Shown: positions 26,289 to 40,387 of the stretch, piece after piece
Layout: every line of letters begins with the position of its first letter
Numbering within the stretch: the stretch's first letter is position 1
NCBI RefSeq assembly: GCF_006345805.1
Contig: NC_043000.1
Coordinates: 144,336,001-144,400,000 of the forward strand
Direction: 5' to 3'
DNA: 64,000 nt
Source: Octopus sinensis
Taxonomy: Eukaryota
Position numbers and translations under genes: made by a program
The notes under the pieces: generated by a model
Told to the model about the DNA's origin: nothing
The model's database searches: none
Seen by the model: only the letters and a program-made list of their open reading frames with translations

Positions 26289-27577
26289 TGCCTGCGTATG
26301 CCATTGTCCTAACAAACACCCGGAAGGAAGGAAATTTTATAGAATTTTCCTTGATGGAAAACTTTACGTTAGCCGCGTTTGGAACTCGTCAGTTGTGGGG
26401 GGGGGTATGTTGTGTGTGTGTGTGTGTGTATCTTTCTCCTGCCCACATCTGAATAAAGCCACGGATTTGCGCTCATTAGAGCAACGTCGAAATATTTCGA
26501 TTTTAGATTTCAAGAGACCACACCAATTTTGTGTATTTTCTTTGAAGCAGATCTTGCTATGCTCACTTCCCTCAGTTGATTTACTATCGCATTGTGTCTT
26601 CATTTTGAAACTCTGAAATATCGCACCCCCTTTGGGTTCGAAAATATTATCTGTGATTATTTAACCTTGGGTTGAGGGATCCCTTCATTGACCGAATATA
26701 TCTCTGTATGTGTATCCTCCTTTGGTTTTCGATGACTCCATTTCTGCGACATAATATACGGCTTTTATTTTTCCCTGACATTCAAATGCCGTTCATTATA
26801 AAGTCTTGTTTCTCTTTTGGTAGCTTTCAATTACATACGAATATATTTTTGCGGCTAGATGCATAGCAATTTAGACAAACGAGCTTTTCAGTTTGGCGAC
26901 GAGACCTATATGGCCTGAGTCGAGGGCATCCAGTTTTTCTTGATTTTGGGTTGGCAACGTTTAGATAGATAGATAAATTTAGAGTTGTTTATGTAGAAAT
27001 CTGAGGTTGAGCTACTGGATCATAGTAAAATGGCGTTTAATCTCATGCACGTTACGTGCATTCTTCTGTAAAGATAATTAGGTAGCATGAATATGATCTT
27101 GGTTGGGAAACGGAATTAATATAATTCCACGTCCGCAAAGAGAATATACTGCTAGTGTTACCGTAATTATTTAGAAGCGAAGAGTTGCAGAATCCATAGT
27201 GAAGCACATACACGTTTGTGACTTATGGTAATACACGTTTGTGACTTATGGTAATACAAACGTAAAAGATAATAAGTCAGTTGTCCATGCATCACAACAA
27301 ATCACTTTTTATATGAAATATAGTGTAGTCATGAATTTACACCGGCGAGCAGTATCGTGCAGATTATGTTATATAAGGTTGTGGATGTTATCTTCGATGT
27401 CATTGGTTATATATCTGATCAGACTGTATGATACATTATCGCGTCAACAATTGTAATTAGTAATATTGATGATTCTTCATAATGTTATCTCGAAAGGTAT
27501 AACCTTTTTTATACTATGAAAATTATGTGTGTGCGCGTGTGTGTTTGCGTATTTGTATGTGTGTATGTATGTATATG

Positions 27578-27617
<40 letters not shown>

Positions 27618-27627
27618 GTTATATTAA

Positions 27628-27700
27628 ATTAGAGATAAAACCACTACTAGGCAAATCAAACAGTGAAAATCATAAGCCAATACATAGAAATAAAATTAAT
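27628..27700 (+). mobile_element. Short remnant related to the palindrome arm
   Basis: tagagataaaaccactactaggcaaatcaaac versus tagagacaaaaccactattttgcaaaacaaac at ~24797. Confidence 0.45.
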
Positions 27701-27813
27701 TTTAAAATATATAAAAAATATAAAATATAAAATATAAACATCCAATTAAAATATTTAAATTAAAGTTAGAAATTAAAGCAAATTATTTAAATTAATAATT
27801 TAAACTTATAAAT

Positions 27814-27862
<49 letters not shown>

Positions 27863-28059
27863 TATATAAATATTTATTATTATTTTATTTAATTAGTTAT
27901 TTTTTTATGTATTTATATTTTTTATTTATTTATTCTATTTCTTTTTATTTTTTCTATTTTTATATTTTTATATTCATTTATTTATTTATTTATTTTTTTA
28001 TAAACTATCAAAAAGTATTACAAGTTTAATAAGATAAAGACTATATATATATATATATT

Positions 28060-28300
28060 GCTTCACTTCATGGCCTTGATTGATGCGGTTGCGTTTCACC
28101 CGGATTAGTGGTCCCAGATACTTCATCATAGTATTGCCCACCAATGTCCACTACAGCCAGTCTCCATTCCTCCTTCCAGATGACGTCGACTCTCTGGAAA
28201 TCTTCCCCGATCCTGTCCAGCCATATGGTTGGGGGGTTTGTCACGTGGCCTCTTTCAGCTTGCTGCTGCTACATCGAATGAAAATATAGCCCTGGCAAGA
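28060..28300 (-). mobile_element. RTE-type LINE 3' end fragment
   Basis: Minus strand reads KRPRDKPP..(W)..D....WKEEWRLAVVD, resembling the RTE C-terminal RPRGRP..W.D..W motif. Confidence 0.5.
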
Positions 28301-28586
28301 TAATCCAGCGGAGAAAGTTTACATGTCCGAACCAGCGCAGAGGACGAATAGCTATGAGTACACATTGTTCGTTGATGGAAGTAATGCCATAGTCTGTCAA
28401 GTAATATTTTGCAATGAGAACTCCATTGAGCAATTAGCACTTCATTCATAATTATTGGCTGTAAATTGCGTAATATTTGATCGATATTTAGAAAATATCG
28501 ATTATGAATAAATTATTAATTCTAGAAACGTGTGTACATGTCTGTGTTTGCACGTATACGCACACACACATTCACACCCATATATA

Positions 28587-28650
<64 letters not shown>

Positions 28651-29477
28651 GTTTTACACTCACGTACACACGCACAGACACAAATGCACACACACACAGA
28701 CTCACGCGCGCACACATATGCGATATATTCAGAATATGCGCGTAAGTGCAGGAATTGAATAACCGACACGGAACATATTGAGTTAGAAATTTATGAATCT
28801 CAGTTCATAACGAAATATATTTCAGTGAATGTATTTGAAATTTAATTAACAAATTCAATATTTTATATTTTATGTGTCTCAGTTATATACACCTGAAAGA
28901 CATATCATTGATAAAACAATAGTGTATTTAGGAAAAAATACAAAACATTTAAATTTCTGTTCATATGCACTCACATTTAAATAACAAACTTACACATAAA
29001 GAAACTTTTACATTGTTTCAAGCCAGAAGAGGTTTTCATATTTCTAACGTATATTGATCAAAGTATTCAGGAAAAGCCAACTTTTTGTTATGAGATGAGC
29101 AAAAATGTTTGTTTACGAATAAATGTATATATGTAAATCATTTTTCTGTTTAATATTACTATTGTGATGAATAAATTGTTCGTTCTATGGAAGGCAAATG
29201 CACATTATTGCAGGATTGTAACTTAGTAAGGCAAATACGAATATTTAAAGCACATGCACACATGCGTACACACATATACGCGCACACACATAGATCTATG
29301 TAAGTATATGTGTGTGTATTTGTGTGTGCGCGTCTGTGTATAGATACTGTATATTGAAAAAGAAGAGGCAGCCAGCACTTTGGATATTTGGATAATCCTT
29401 TATTAGCGCTAGCGTTCGTTTGCAAACTCGTGAAGACAAAAAAATATATATATATTCGGTCTCCATATATATTTATG

Positions 29478-29550
<73 letters not shown>

Positions 29551-29560
29551 GCATATATAT

Positions 29561-29835
29561 CATCATCATCATGATCATCATCATGATCATCATCATCATC
29601 GTCGTCGTCGTCGTCATTTAACGTCCGCTTTCCATGCTAGCATGGGTTGGACGGTTTGACTGTGCGCTGGCGAACCAGATGGCTGCACTAGACCCAAGTC
29701 TTGATCTGGCAGAGTTTCTACAGCTGAATGCCCTTCCTAACGCCAATCCTTCCGAGAGTGTAGTGGGTGCTTTTACGTGCCACCTGCACGGGGGCCAGTC
29801 AGGCGGTATAGTCAACGACCTCGCTCAAATTTTTT
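29561..29835 (-). mobile_element. RTE-type 3' tail (LINE end or RTE-tailed SINE) with (GAT/GAC)n terminus
   Basis: Minus strand ttggcgttaggaagggcattcagctgtagaaac...ccaacccatgctagcatggaaagcggacgttaaatgacgacgacgatgatg. Confidence 0.7.
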
Positions 29836-30911
29836 GACAGATGCCAACGGCACAGGTCCCAGTATGGCGATGCTGGTAACGATCTTGCTCTAATGGTGCA
29901 TCCTACATGCCACAGGAATGTATATATATATACATACGTATATATAGGTAAAAACGAAAAGAATCCATATACACAACTATAGGTATGTACTCTTACATAC
30001 ATACAAATACTTATAAAAAGTAATAACAACTTAATTGAAACTGAATGCACAGTCACAGTATAATATAAAAAAAAGGATAAGATATGCTCAAAAATTCAAA
30101 TATTCCGGAAAATTTAGATATTTGATAAAATTCTCTGCAATGAGAAATAAGAAACTTTACATGACTGAACAATTTCATAGCTATATTTCACGATTGTGAG
30201 TTCAATTGGTCTCATAGGAGTAAGTTATATTAAAAATAAGTTACGATGAAGTATCAAGTGTCAGGTCAATTTAAACAAAAATAAAATACGTTTAAAAACG
30301 TTGATATTCTTAGAATAGACTTTTAATATCATCTGCTAGGCTTGGAGTCTAATGGTTAGATTGAAGTTTAGATTTATGCACTGTAATTATATTAAAATTT
30401 AATAGTTTTGAAGTTTGCTTCAGTTTCTTATAATCACAGCATTGATTAATAGCCAAAACAAAATGAATTAAAAGTAGGAGGGAAGTAATCGAAAGATACA
30501 AATAATCGTATTATTACGTGGAAAATGATGGGAAGAAAATATTTAAAATTCAAATTGTTAGAGCTAATACGTTGATACAAGCATACATACACACATACAA
30601 AAAGCGCACACACACACACACACACGCAATCACACATATAAGCACACACACAAATACATATAGAAACACACACACAAATACACATGCAAACACACATACA
30701 TATACAAACAATGCACACATGCACACGCACAAACACACACATAATTAGACAGACCCGCAGACACATATTTTCAAATTTTTTATATTACTATAAGGATCCA
30801 TGCCTTTTAATTTCAAGCCTTCAAGTGTCCCACGAAAAGAAGCTGTTGTTGGGAAATAAGGTAACAAATACTGTGGTGGAGTGTGAACTATTATACTTAT
30901 AAGAGGAAGCA

Positions 30912-31138
30912 TTTACTCTTTTACTCTTTTACTTGTTTCCGTCTTTTGACTGCGGCCATGCTGGAGCACCGCCTTTAATCGAGCAACCTGGCCCCCTGGA
31001 TTTATTCTTTTGTAAGCCCAGTACTTATTCTATCAGTCTCTTTTGCCGAACCGCTAAGTAATGGGGACGTAAACACACCAGCATCGGTTGTCAAGCAATG
31101 CTAGGGGGACACACACAGACACAGAAATACACCCACGC

Positions 31139-31171
<33 letters not shown>

Positions 31172-31338
31172 TACGACGGGCTTCTTTCAGTTGTCCGTCT
31201 ACCAAATCCACTCACAAGGCGTTGGTCGGCCCGAGGCTATAGTAGAAGACACTTGCCCAAAGTTCCACGCAGTGGGACTGAACCCGGTACCATGTGGTTG
31301 GTAAACAAGCTACTTACCACACAGCCACTCCTGCGCCT
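30912..31338 (-). mobile_element. SINE family B, full length, with internal (TA)/(GT) microsatellite
   Basis: Head aggcgcaggagtggctgtgtggtaag..gggttcagtccc (A/B boxes), body tgggcaagtgtcttctactatagcc, internal microsatellite, tail gcggtgctccagcatggccgcagtcaaaagacggaaacaa(gtaaaaga)3. Confidence 0.9.
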
Positions 31339-31730
31339 GAACAAATTTTCAGAGTTCCATTTATTGCCTTTCAATTTCAAGCGTGATTACACGAGTTAAA
31401 ACATCCTTTGCTTTCAACATATATGTGTGTGTGTGTGCATGTGTGAGTGTGTTTGTGTGTGTGTGTGTGTATGTATGTGTGCGGGTATTTCTGAGTATTG
31501 GTATATTTCTACCGTTGTCTGTATATAATTAGATCTTCAATTTTGATAGCACAAAATAAAATATGGCTGTGCGTAATGCAGTCACTACAAGAGACGTTTA
31601 GAATTAGTACACTGATTCTTCTTATACAATTTCCTAAATTTTGAATATTGTTTATGCCTCAAGGTAAACTGCAGAAATACAGAAAACAGTGAACGAATAA
31701 ACGACAAATTTTACATTTTCTCCCTTGCAG

Positions 31731-31768
31731 CTGAAACTTTGATAGAAGCGAAGTACAGTTTTCCCAGT
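31731..31768 (+). CDS. Candidate coding exon of the host gene (phase 1-0; alternative end 31786)
   Basis: Strong acceptor ttttacattttctcccttgcag|. Only one frame is open: (A)ETLIEAKYSFPS[VTNISN]. Donors GTAACA or GTAAAC are weak, but both give phase 0. Confidence 0.45.
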
Positions 31769-34263
31769 GTAACAAATATTTCTAACGTAAACCTTGTCTG
31801 ACTTGCATTTTGCGGTTTTAAGTGTATTTATTTATCTAATAATTTCTTTATTTATTGATGGTGGCAGGGACTTTAATTCTTTCATGCCGAGAGCGTCGAG
31901 AATGATAAAAATTTCAATGTCAAAGACTGCATCAAGAAGCCAGCAACTTTACGCTTAGCTGTCATTTGACAGGCTCGAAATAGTGACCAATTTTCCTTGA
32001 CATTAAACTTTTTACGTATTACACTCTAAAAGAAGTATTAGTTGTGTATGGTTTAAATGCCTTTTGTAACAATTCTGACAGTGAGAATTGATATAGAGCT
32101 AAAAAACATATTAAGAACTAGAACAATACCACCAAACATTATTGTTCACTTTATAGCTTGCACAGCTTTACTGCAAGTATCTGCAATTATACTGCAAAGT
32201 TTATAAGACACGTTCTTTTATTGATTTATTTTTGTTGAAGCTATGGACAAGTGATTGTCTCAAGTTAATTTATGTCTTGACACCGGGCATTGTTAGCCAT
32301 TTGTAGATTCCATTGTTTCTTATTTTATAAAGATTTGCATATTATTTTATTATCGCATTCCGGATCGTTGCTGTCTAAGTTCAAATCTCGTCGAGATCAA
32401 CTTCGTCTTTCATGCTACCAGTATCGATAAGATAACGTACAGTATTTGGGTTGAAAGTTTAATCCAACCACACCTCTCTAAATTATTGGTTTTGCGCACA
32501 AATGAGAAACATTTGTTATATTTCTAATGTTGTTTTTTCTTTTTCTGTCGATGTTTTGTTATCTGTTACCTATTTTACATCACACCTGTGGCTATCAAAG
32601 AATGGGTAAATTGTTCATTAAGTTTATATAAAATTTTATATATTTTTCTATGTATCTTCTCATTGGAAGAAATTAGATTCTAGCCTAGCAGATTTTGTTT
32701 TAATCGCATCTTTTAAAAAACGGCGCTAGGGAAGTGAATGTTATTTACAGATGCAATTGATAAAATCTCCATAGTTAAGAATATAACATATATACTAACA
32801 TTTACATATGTGTGTATATGCGTGTATGTATGTATGTATATATATATATATATATACACATACATGCATGCATGCATTTACTCGCGTGGACTACATATAT
32901 ATATGTAAATGCATATAAAATAATGCATACATGTGCATATTTAAATATAGAAGAAAATAAATGTAAAAATAATTTGGGGAGGAAGAGATGCATGTCTTGA
33001 GCATGTTGCATTGATTTTGCATCATTTGAACTAATGTTTTACATTCATTACATATGCAGAATTATTTAGTTCTTTAATAAGCATTATATTATAGGATTAT
33101 ATAGTCATGTTAAGGAAACTGAGTTCACTGATTGAGCAATAATATTTACGCAGTATATGTTAGTTCAAATGGAAGCCGCTTCTATTTCAATATATTCAAA
33201 TGCTAACTGAATCGTTCACATATAATAATACTTCGAATTGTTACTCCAAGCTGTTACTCCTACACACTTTATATTGTTGGTATTATTTTGTACTTTGCAG
33301 TTGGCATGTGATTTATCTGTCGCATATTTTTAAACCATTGTGATATATGTGTCACAGTTGAAAGAGTCAAATGAATCTGCGTTTTTGCTGCGTTGATTTA
33401 ATTGTTTTAATTGTCTTTAAACTCTTCCTATAAAATTTTTACTAACTAGTATTGGCCGTAGCATCTGTAGACATTCCGCTATCAAGAGTATTGTTATCTT
33501 CCCATGTATTTGCCATAACTATTTACTTATTATCTCCAGAGAGTCTATTTCATAACTTGTTACTATATAGAGGCAACATTCAATTTGCATCATTGTTTCG
33601 AATATCACCCATTCAATTTGCCCTTTTATACACTTTGTGTTTATCTATTTGTGTCAGCCTTTTGGAGCATTATAGAGAGAACGATTATACCGTTCCTGTG
33701 GTTAGCGTATTAATGACACTTGTTTTTATCACGCATACGATATCTTCCATTACGATGTTCAACTTTTCAGTTTCCGAACTATCTTGCGCAGATAGTTTAT
33801 TGAATGCCTATATGTGTAATCAATAATTATTACATACGCCATTAATAGAATTTGATAGGTGCTGCGTTATAGCTACATGTGTGCTTTATCCACCATACTT
33901 CAATATAAGGAAACGTTTTAGCATAATTAATGTGATCAACATAGGTAGAGTGTAGTGCTTGTTTGATACTTTAACAAATTTCTAATACTTTTGTATATCT
34001 CGTTTCAGTAAAACAAATTTATGTGTGTGTCTCAAATTTCTTTTTTCAATTTGCATGACTTTTAAGTTTTACTAAAAAAATCTGAAACATTTCAGTGTTT
34101 TTTTTTTTTTAGTATCTTTATATTTGGCACGAACTGCGTTTGCAGTCAGGATCACGCAGAAAAAATTATGATATTCTAGGATCGTTAGTACATTTGCACT
34201 AACTACGTGGAAAATATTGCTTTCCAAAGATTTCATAATAGTATCCTATTATTGCTTGCTTGT

Positions 34264-34615
34264 AAGGCGGCGAGCTGGCAGAAACGTTAGCACGCAGTGC
34301 GAAATGCTTATCAGTATTTCGTTTGCCGTTACGTTCTGAGTTCAAATTCCGTCGAGGTCAACTTTGCCTTTCATCCTTTCGGGTTCGATAAATTAAGTAC
34401 CAGTTACGCACTGGGGTCGATATAATCTACTTAATCCGTCTGCCTACCGTGTTTGTCCTCTCTGTGTTTAGCCCCTTGTGGGTAGTAAAGAAATAGGTAT
34501 TTCGTCTGTTTTTACGTTCTGAGTTCAAATTCCGCTGAGGTCGATTTGCCTTTCATCCTTTCGTGGTCGATAAATTGAATAACATTTACGTACTGAGGGC
34601 GATCTAATTTACTGA
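34264..34615 (+). mobile_element. SINE family A, full copy (34264-34495) followed head-to-tail by a truncated second copy
   Basis: The second unit restarts at gtatttcgtctg..tacgttctgagttcaaattccg immediately after the aaagaaata tail. Confidence 0.9.
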
Positions 34616-35249
34616 CTACTTCCCTAATAATATTGGGCCATGTACGTAGAATACAAAAGAATTAGTGATTGTTTGAAGGCTATTTGGTATTTGTGGTTGC
34701 AAATTTAAGAATTTGCCCACCTTTTGAATGAGTTGCTTCCCCTCTTTTTTTTTTGTGATGTGCAATTCCAAGTTATTGATATATCTTGAAAGACATATAT
34801 TATGAAAAACCTGCCAGACATATCGGTAGGGAAGCCACTAACTCCTTATGTGTAGGATGTTTCTTTCGTGTTAATTATTAGCTTGTTAATAAATTATAAA
34901 ATAGCTTGTAAAATCTACGTTAAACAAAAGCATATTAATTTCCTGTCAGTTTGAGCTAATATGTACAGGTATTATTTATTGTAAAGCAGGCTTATAGAGT
35001 AAATTCTTTAACGTAAACTAATAGGCATTGTTCGCCACAAAACGTAGGGCCGTCAATTTAGCATCATACACAGCTATACTATTTATAGCGATTGCAATTG
35101 CCATTTCGTGTTAACTATTTTTTAAAGTCAGCAATGTAGATATACCACTGAACTTATTGAACATAGTGACATGTAGGTAAATTATTTGAGACGTAATTTT
35201 CTGTCATTCAATAGTAACTCATTGTTTACCGTTTTAAACTTACTTTTAG

Positions 35250-35327
35250 GTTCAAACAACTCAGAAATTTCATCTACTAAATTCATATTGTGAAAGACAT
35301 GGAATTATTTTGTTTCTTGAAGAACAG
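35250..35327 (+). CDS. Candidate coding exon of the host gene (78 nt, phase 0-0)
   Basis: Acceptor gttttaaacttacttttag|, donor CAG|GTATAT, open frame VQTTQKFHLLNSYCERHGIILFLEEQ. Confidence 0.65.
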
Positions 35328-36279
35328 GTATATTTTTTCATGAAGAAGAGATTTATTTAAGTACTGAGGTTGATCCGTCTGACAACAGCCCTTCGAAGTG
35401 GTGCTGCAGTATGGTCACAATCTACAGACTGAAACAAGTAAAAGATAAAAGATAATTCATCTTTAATGGAATTATGTTTAATGACAATGATACAAGTTAT
35501 AGGGAACATTTCTCTTAATATTTTCGAATCTTTTGAAATTTGCCCCTCTTTGTCTAAATGACAAACTCCCGTCTAGTAATCCGACATTGATTAAATTTTG
35601 TGGCTAATAGTCTTCTATTGAAAATTACATGTTGAGCACTTTCCGCTATTAATGTTTTTGTGTATATAAGTGCATAATATTGTTACAGAGATTAACAAGA
35701 TCTACAGCATAATGTCTATCAAAGTATTTAGAAAAAAACTATGTGGATACAAATATAGGTCTTATTGTTTATCCGCAAGCCAGGAAATAATGAGCGTATG
35801 ATCAGAGATATCTTAGCAATGGCCATTTATTAATTTTGTGAATATTATATACTTCGCTATATCTACAAAATATCTTTTTAAGAAACAGTCTGATGGAGTT
35901 AGAGCGAAAGTGGTTAATATTCATAGTAACTCGAATGACAGCTAATAGGAGCTATTGGTACGTCGATATAACATAGTGTTATGTTTGACAGTGAGGCATT
36001 CCGTCAGCAACTGCATACGAATCTCTATCTTTCAATGCATACTCATTCTCCTTCACTAAAATCGTGCTGTTCACTTATTTAACATTCACTCACATGTTTA
36101 ATTCCGTAGCCTTGAACGTTGGTTTGGGTGTGCCAGGCGAATGAGAGTAGGGCAGAGTTTAACATTACTTCAGATAATTTTGATTCCAGAGAGAATATAA
36201 TATAGGCAGTAATATAGAAAAAAACTGATACATGTGCAGCCGCACATACGTAGGCATTTATGTATATATCTATATATCT

Positions 36280-36343
<64 letters not shown>

Positions 36344-36384
36344 ATCTATCTATCTATCTATCTATATATCTATCTATATATATA

Positions 36385-36425
<41 letters not shown>

Positions 36426-36495
36426 CATAAATACATATATACATCATACGTGTAAGACACAAGCACGCTTTTATATACATATACATATACATTTT

Positions 36496-36531
<36 letters not shown>

Positions 36532-37103
36532 ATTATATAGGCATCATTCGTATAAGGCAGATAAGTGCGCTTGTAAATAATTATATTTACATGTATATAT
36601 GTTTATGTGTGCGCGCGCGCTAGTGCTAAGATAACGTGTCCTACCCATAAACTCTCTATATAGGCGTAAAGGTGACGTTAGGAAGTAGAATCAGAAAGGA
36701 TAAAGAAGAAAAAAATAAGAAATTTATATATGCCATTTAATATATAAATGACTGATTTTGTAACCAATTTCAAAACGATTTTACAAGTGTACGTGAAGAA
36801 ATTTTCAAGTACTGTTTATCAACTTTGACTCTAATTTCACGTTAGCATATATGTACCTATATACATCAGAAAAATGCATACATCTCCTTTGTAAGCAGAC
36901 AGGCAGACAGCCAGATAGACAGACAGAAAAACACAAGCACACTCACACACACACACACACACTAATATACTTACATATATATATATACGTGCATATTTAT
37001 AAGTACATATATATAAGTATATGTACAAAAACATATGTATATAGATATATATGCACATATATAAGTATACATATGTGTATGTTTGTGCATATATATATGT
37101 GTG

Positions 37104-37149
<46 letters not shown>

Positions 37150-37409
37150 TATATATACGTATATATGTACACACACACAGAACAGATAAAACTGGGTTTG
37201 ATGAGTATAGGAAATTATTGGCGAAATAAAGATCTCCTTCTTGAGAGAATGAACCATGTAATCTACATTGAGTGCACCAGAGTAATTTCATTAAAATCAT
37301 CGAAAGCACAACATTTTGCGCATCTAACACATACACAAATACGCATAAACATTTATACATACACAGAGATGGTGCTTGTGTATGTTCGTATGTATAAGTA
37401 TGTATATAG

Positions 37410-37469
<60 letters not shown>

Positions 37470-38454
37470 CTCTTTATTAGTGCGGGTGTGTGAGTGCATC
37501 AATGTGCATGTAGCAAAAGAATGAGTATGGGAATGGACTATCCTCTATGATTATCATAAAAACCAATTTATTCGAAACTTCAACAACTGCACTGGTTTAA
37601 CTCGGCGAGAAAGTGTAGGAATTTTCAATAGATATCCGGAATCTCCACTTGCGCGAAAAGAGACGTCTCTTTTTTATTTAATATCTATCTTTTCAGTAAA
37701 TGAAGTATTTGTTTTATTGACTTAAATATCGTTTTTGTACTCACTTATTTGGATATAGAAATATTGCATTCTTCACCGATAATTCTGGGCCTACATACAT
37801 GTACTTATATATATATATATATATCGACATAATCCCCCACCCACCCAGCCTCCTCCTCCTCATCATCATCATAATCAAATATGTTCTGTTAAACAAGGTT
37901 AAGTTCCGCGCTATTGCAATTTCGAGGAGACATGAGTATAGCTACTTAATATGGTTTCTTATATATTCATAATTTTTTTTTTTAAATTATACTTTACTAT
38001 TTCTGTGTATGAATTATTGAAGAGTGTTGTAAACGCCATATATATACGTGTATATAATTTTATGGGTAAGTGTAAGTACAAATATGTATATATATATATA
38101 TATATAAATATATAACCACACAGACACACACAGACGAGAAGTAATGTTTATCATCACTTTAAATATACTATCGTTTATAGCCGCCAGAGGACGCCCCTTC
38201 ATGCAGCTGGTTATTGATGCAGACTGCATCCGATATGTATTTTAAGCTGGGGAGCGAACCCCCGCCACTTCTATTGAGGACAGGACAACCAGACCATCCT
38301 GTTTCAAGCTATTTGTGCTCATCCTCTATAGGTGACACCAGTCCACCAGCGATCTCAGAAATTTGCTCCAATTCACTATATATAGAAAAATAAGTGAGTG
38401 ACAACCATCACTGAGTTTGCAACCACTTATCTGCTATCTCTAACCGACGGGTGT

Positions 38455-38501
38455 CCAGCAATGAAAAGGAGCAAAATAGCTCGAAACCGGACGGTCCGTT
38501 G
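38455..38501 (+). ncRNA. Degenerate hammerhead-like motif in a GC-richer repeat remnant
   Basis: CAGCa-ATGAAAA-G-GAGC-aaaata-GCTC-GAAA-CCG-ga-CGG-TC-cGTTG. Stems II and III and the GUC triplet are intact; the CUGANGA core has two changes. Confidence 0.35.
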
Positions 38502-39027
38502 ATCCCGTGGTTGCTGGAAGAGGGAAGTCCCCTCCCCAACCTGCTTTCAATATATATCAGGTGCAGACGGCATCGATAACCAGCTGTAAGAGGTGTCCTC
38601 CTGGGGTTAAAAACGATTGTAAAGTCAATTCCTACGGAACAGCCATGTTGAAATGGTAATAACCATTACTTCGCAGTATATTTAGTACTTTCATCTTTTA
38701 TACAGATTTCCTATGTAGCTACTTTGCTTGTTGCAAAATCACTGACTGGTTGGCAATAAAGTTTCTATTATTGCGAGCTGGAGTGAACTATTGCTATCGC
38801 TAGTAGACGTATGTCCAACGCTAAGGATACGGACAGATAGATCGAAAGCAGAAGTCTGATGGTCCTGCCGTCGCTTTAAGAGGATAGGTTTTCGCTACCC
38901 TGCTCACAATATATATCGGGTGTATATAGCTTCGATATCTAGTTGTAGGAAGCGTCTTCTTAGCGTAAAAAACGGAAGCAAACTCGGTTACTACGAAACA
39001 ACCATTTTCAAGCGGCGATAAACACTA

Positions 39028-39083
<56 letters not shown>

Positions 39084-39244
39084 TATTTTATAATTATAAA
39101 CATAATTATAATTAGGGTTCATCTAATTGCTTCATCACATACCGAATTTTGAAATAAGAGTGAAAATTCCTTTTCTACTACTATAAGAATCTCCATGACG
39201 CTAGCATACTTTTTTACGAAGGCAAAGAGAAAAACAATGAAGCA

Positions 39245-39296
<52 letters not shown>

Positions 39297-40082
39297 CTCA
39301 TTATAAAAGGCAGATTTTATCTGCCTCCCTTTGTCTCTTATAGAAATCTACAATATAGGATTTCTTCAATTACAATCTACCTAGCATTTTTAAGAGTAGA
39401 ATGCATCGGGTCGTGCCAGGTCCAGTTTTTCAAATTTCAACCCCAATTAAGCAAAATTTAGAGAAAACTCACATTGTGGTGTGTAAGTGAAGTGCTTTTC
39501 TTAGTGTGGGCTACAGCACACACACACACGCACACACACAAAAACGGAGCGATCTGCTTCACTGATGCTATCACCCTAATTTCTCCTCCTTTCTCTTTGC
39601 AAGTGTGCAACGATTAAAATGAAAGTATTTATATAAAACGAGAGAAGTGTACCTTAAACCAGTACTCAAAAAAAAAACAACAACACAGCAGACAGAAACA
39701 AATAAATACATAACGATTTACTAAAAACACAATTTCTTCAATTAGAGTTTACCTATGATTTTTCAAAGTATTCCATTCGGTCATAGCATACAAAATTTCT
39801 TTCAATTTCACCCCCATTTCAGAAAACATTCAAGAAAACTCAATATTTTACCATTTCACTCTGCATATTACTCCCACTTCATATTTACACACATAGACAC
39901 GCAAATATATAAATAAAATTGTAAGCTAACGTGTGTGTGTGTGTGCGTGTGTGTGAGTGTGTGTGTGTGTGCGTGTGTGTGAGAGGGTGCGTGTGTGTCT
40001 GTGTGTGTGTGTGCGTGTGTGTGAGTGTGTGACAGGGATGAGCATGTCAAACTGGTCATCCTTTTTGCTAGATCACCTAACA

Positions 40083-40385
40083 TCTAAAGTTATCTCTAAG
40101 TAGCAGTCGCCCAAAAGTGTATATAGACACACACATGTATGTATAATGTGTGTGTATATATTTCCATAAAGGTAACCATTCACTCCATACAAGTTATTTA
40201 GGACGAATTGGACGAATATAAGATCTAAAGTATATCCAAGTAGCAGAAAGATCGCCCAAAAGTGTATATAGATATTTAAATGTATTTATATATTCATCTA
40301 TACACACATGTATGTATGATGTGTGTGTATATATTTCCATAGAGGTAACCATTCACTCCGCACAAAGTTTTTTAGGACGGACGAA
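40083..40385 (+). repeat. Tandem duplication of a ~135-160-bp unit immediately 5' of the Helitron
   Basis: 40083-40215 and 40224-40385 share tctaaagt..aagtagca..gcccaaaagtgtatataga..acacacatgtatgtat..ggtaaccattcactcc..tttaggacg. Confidence 0.85.
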
Positions 40386-40387
40386 AA

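Noticed and set aside
27210-27260. 24-bp direct duplication (also the ~165-bp duplication at 59960-60170)
   Set aside because: Ordinary slippage or local duplication with no further structure.
33452-33826. 124-aa + ORF in unique sequence
   Set aside because: No recognisable motif, no convincing start or splice donor; compatible with chance or a decayed TE.
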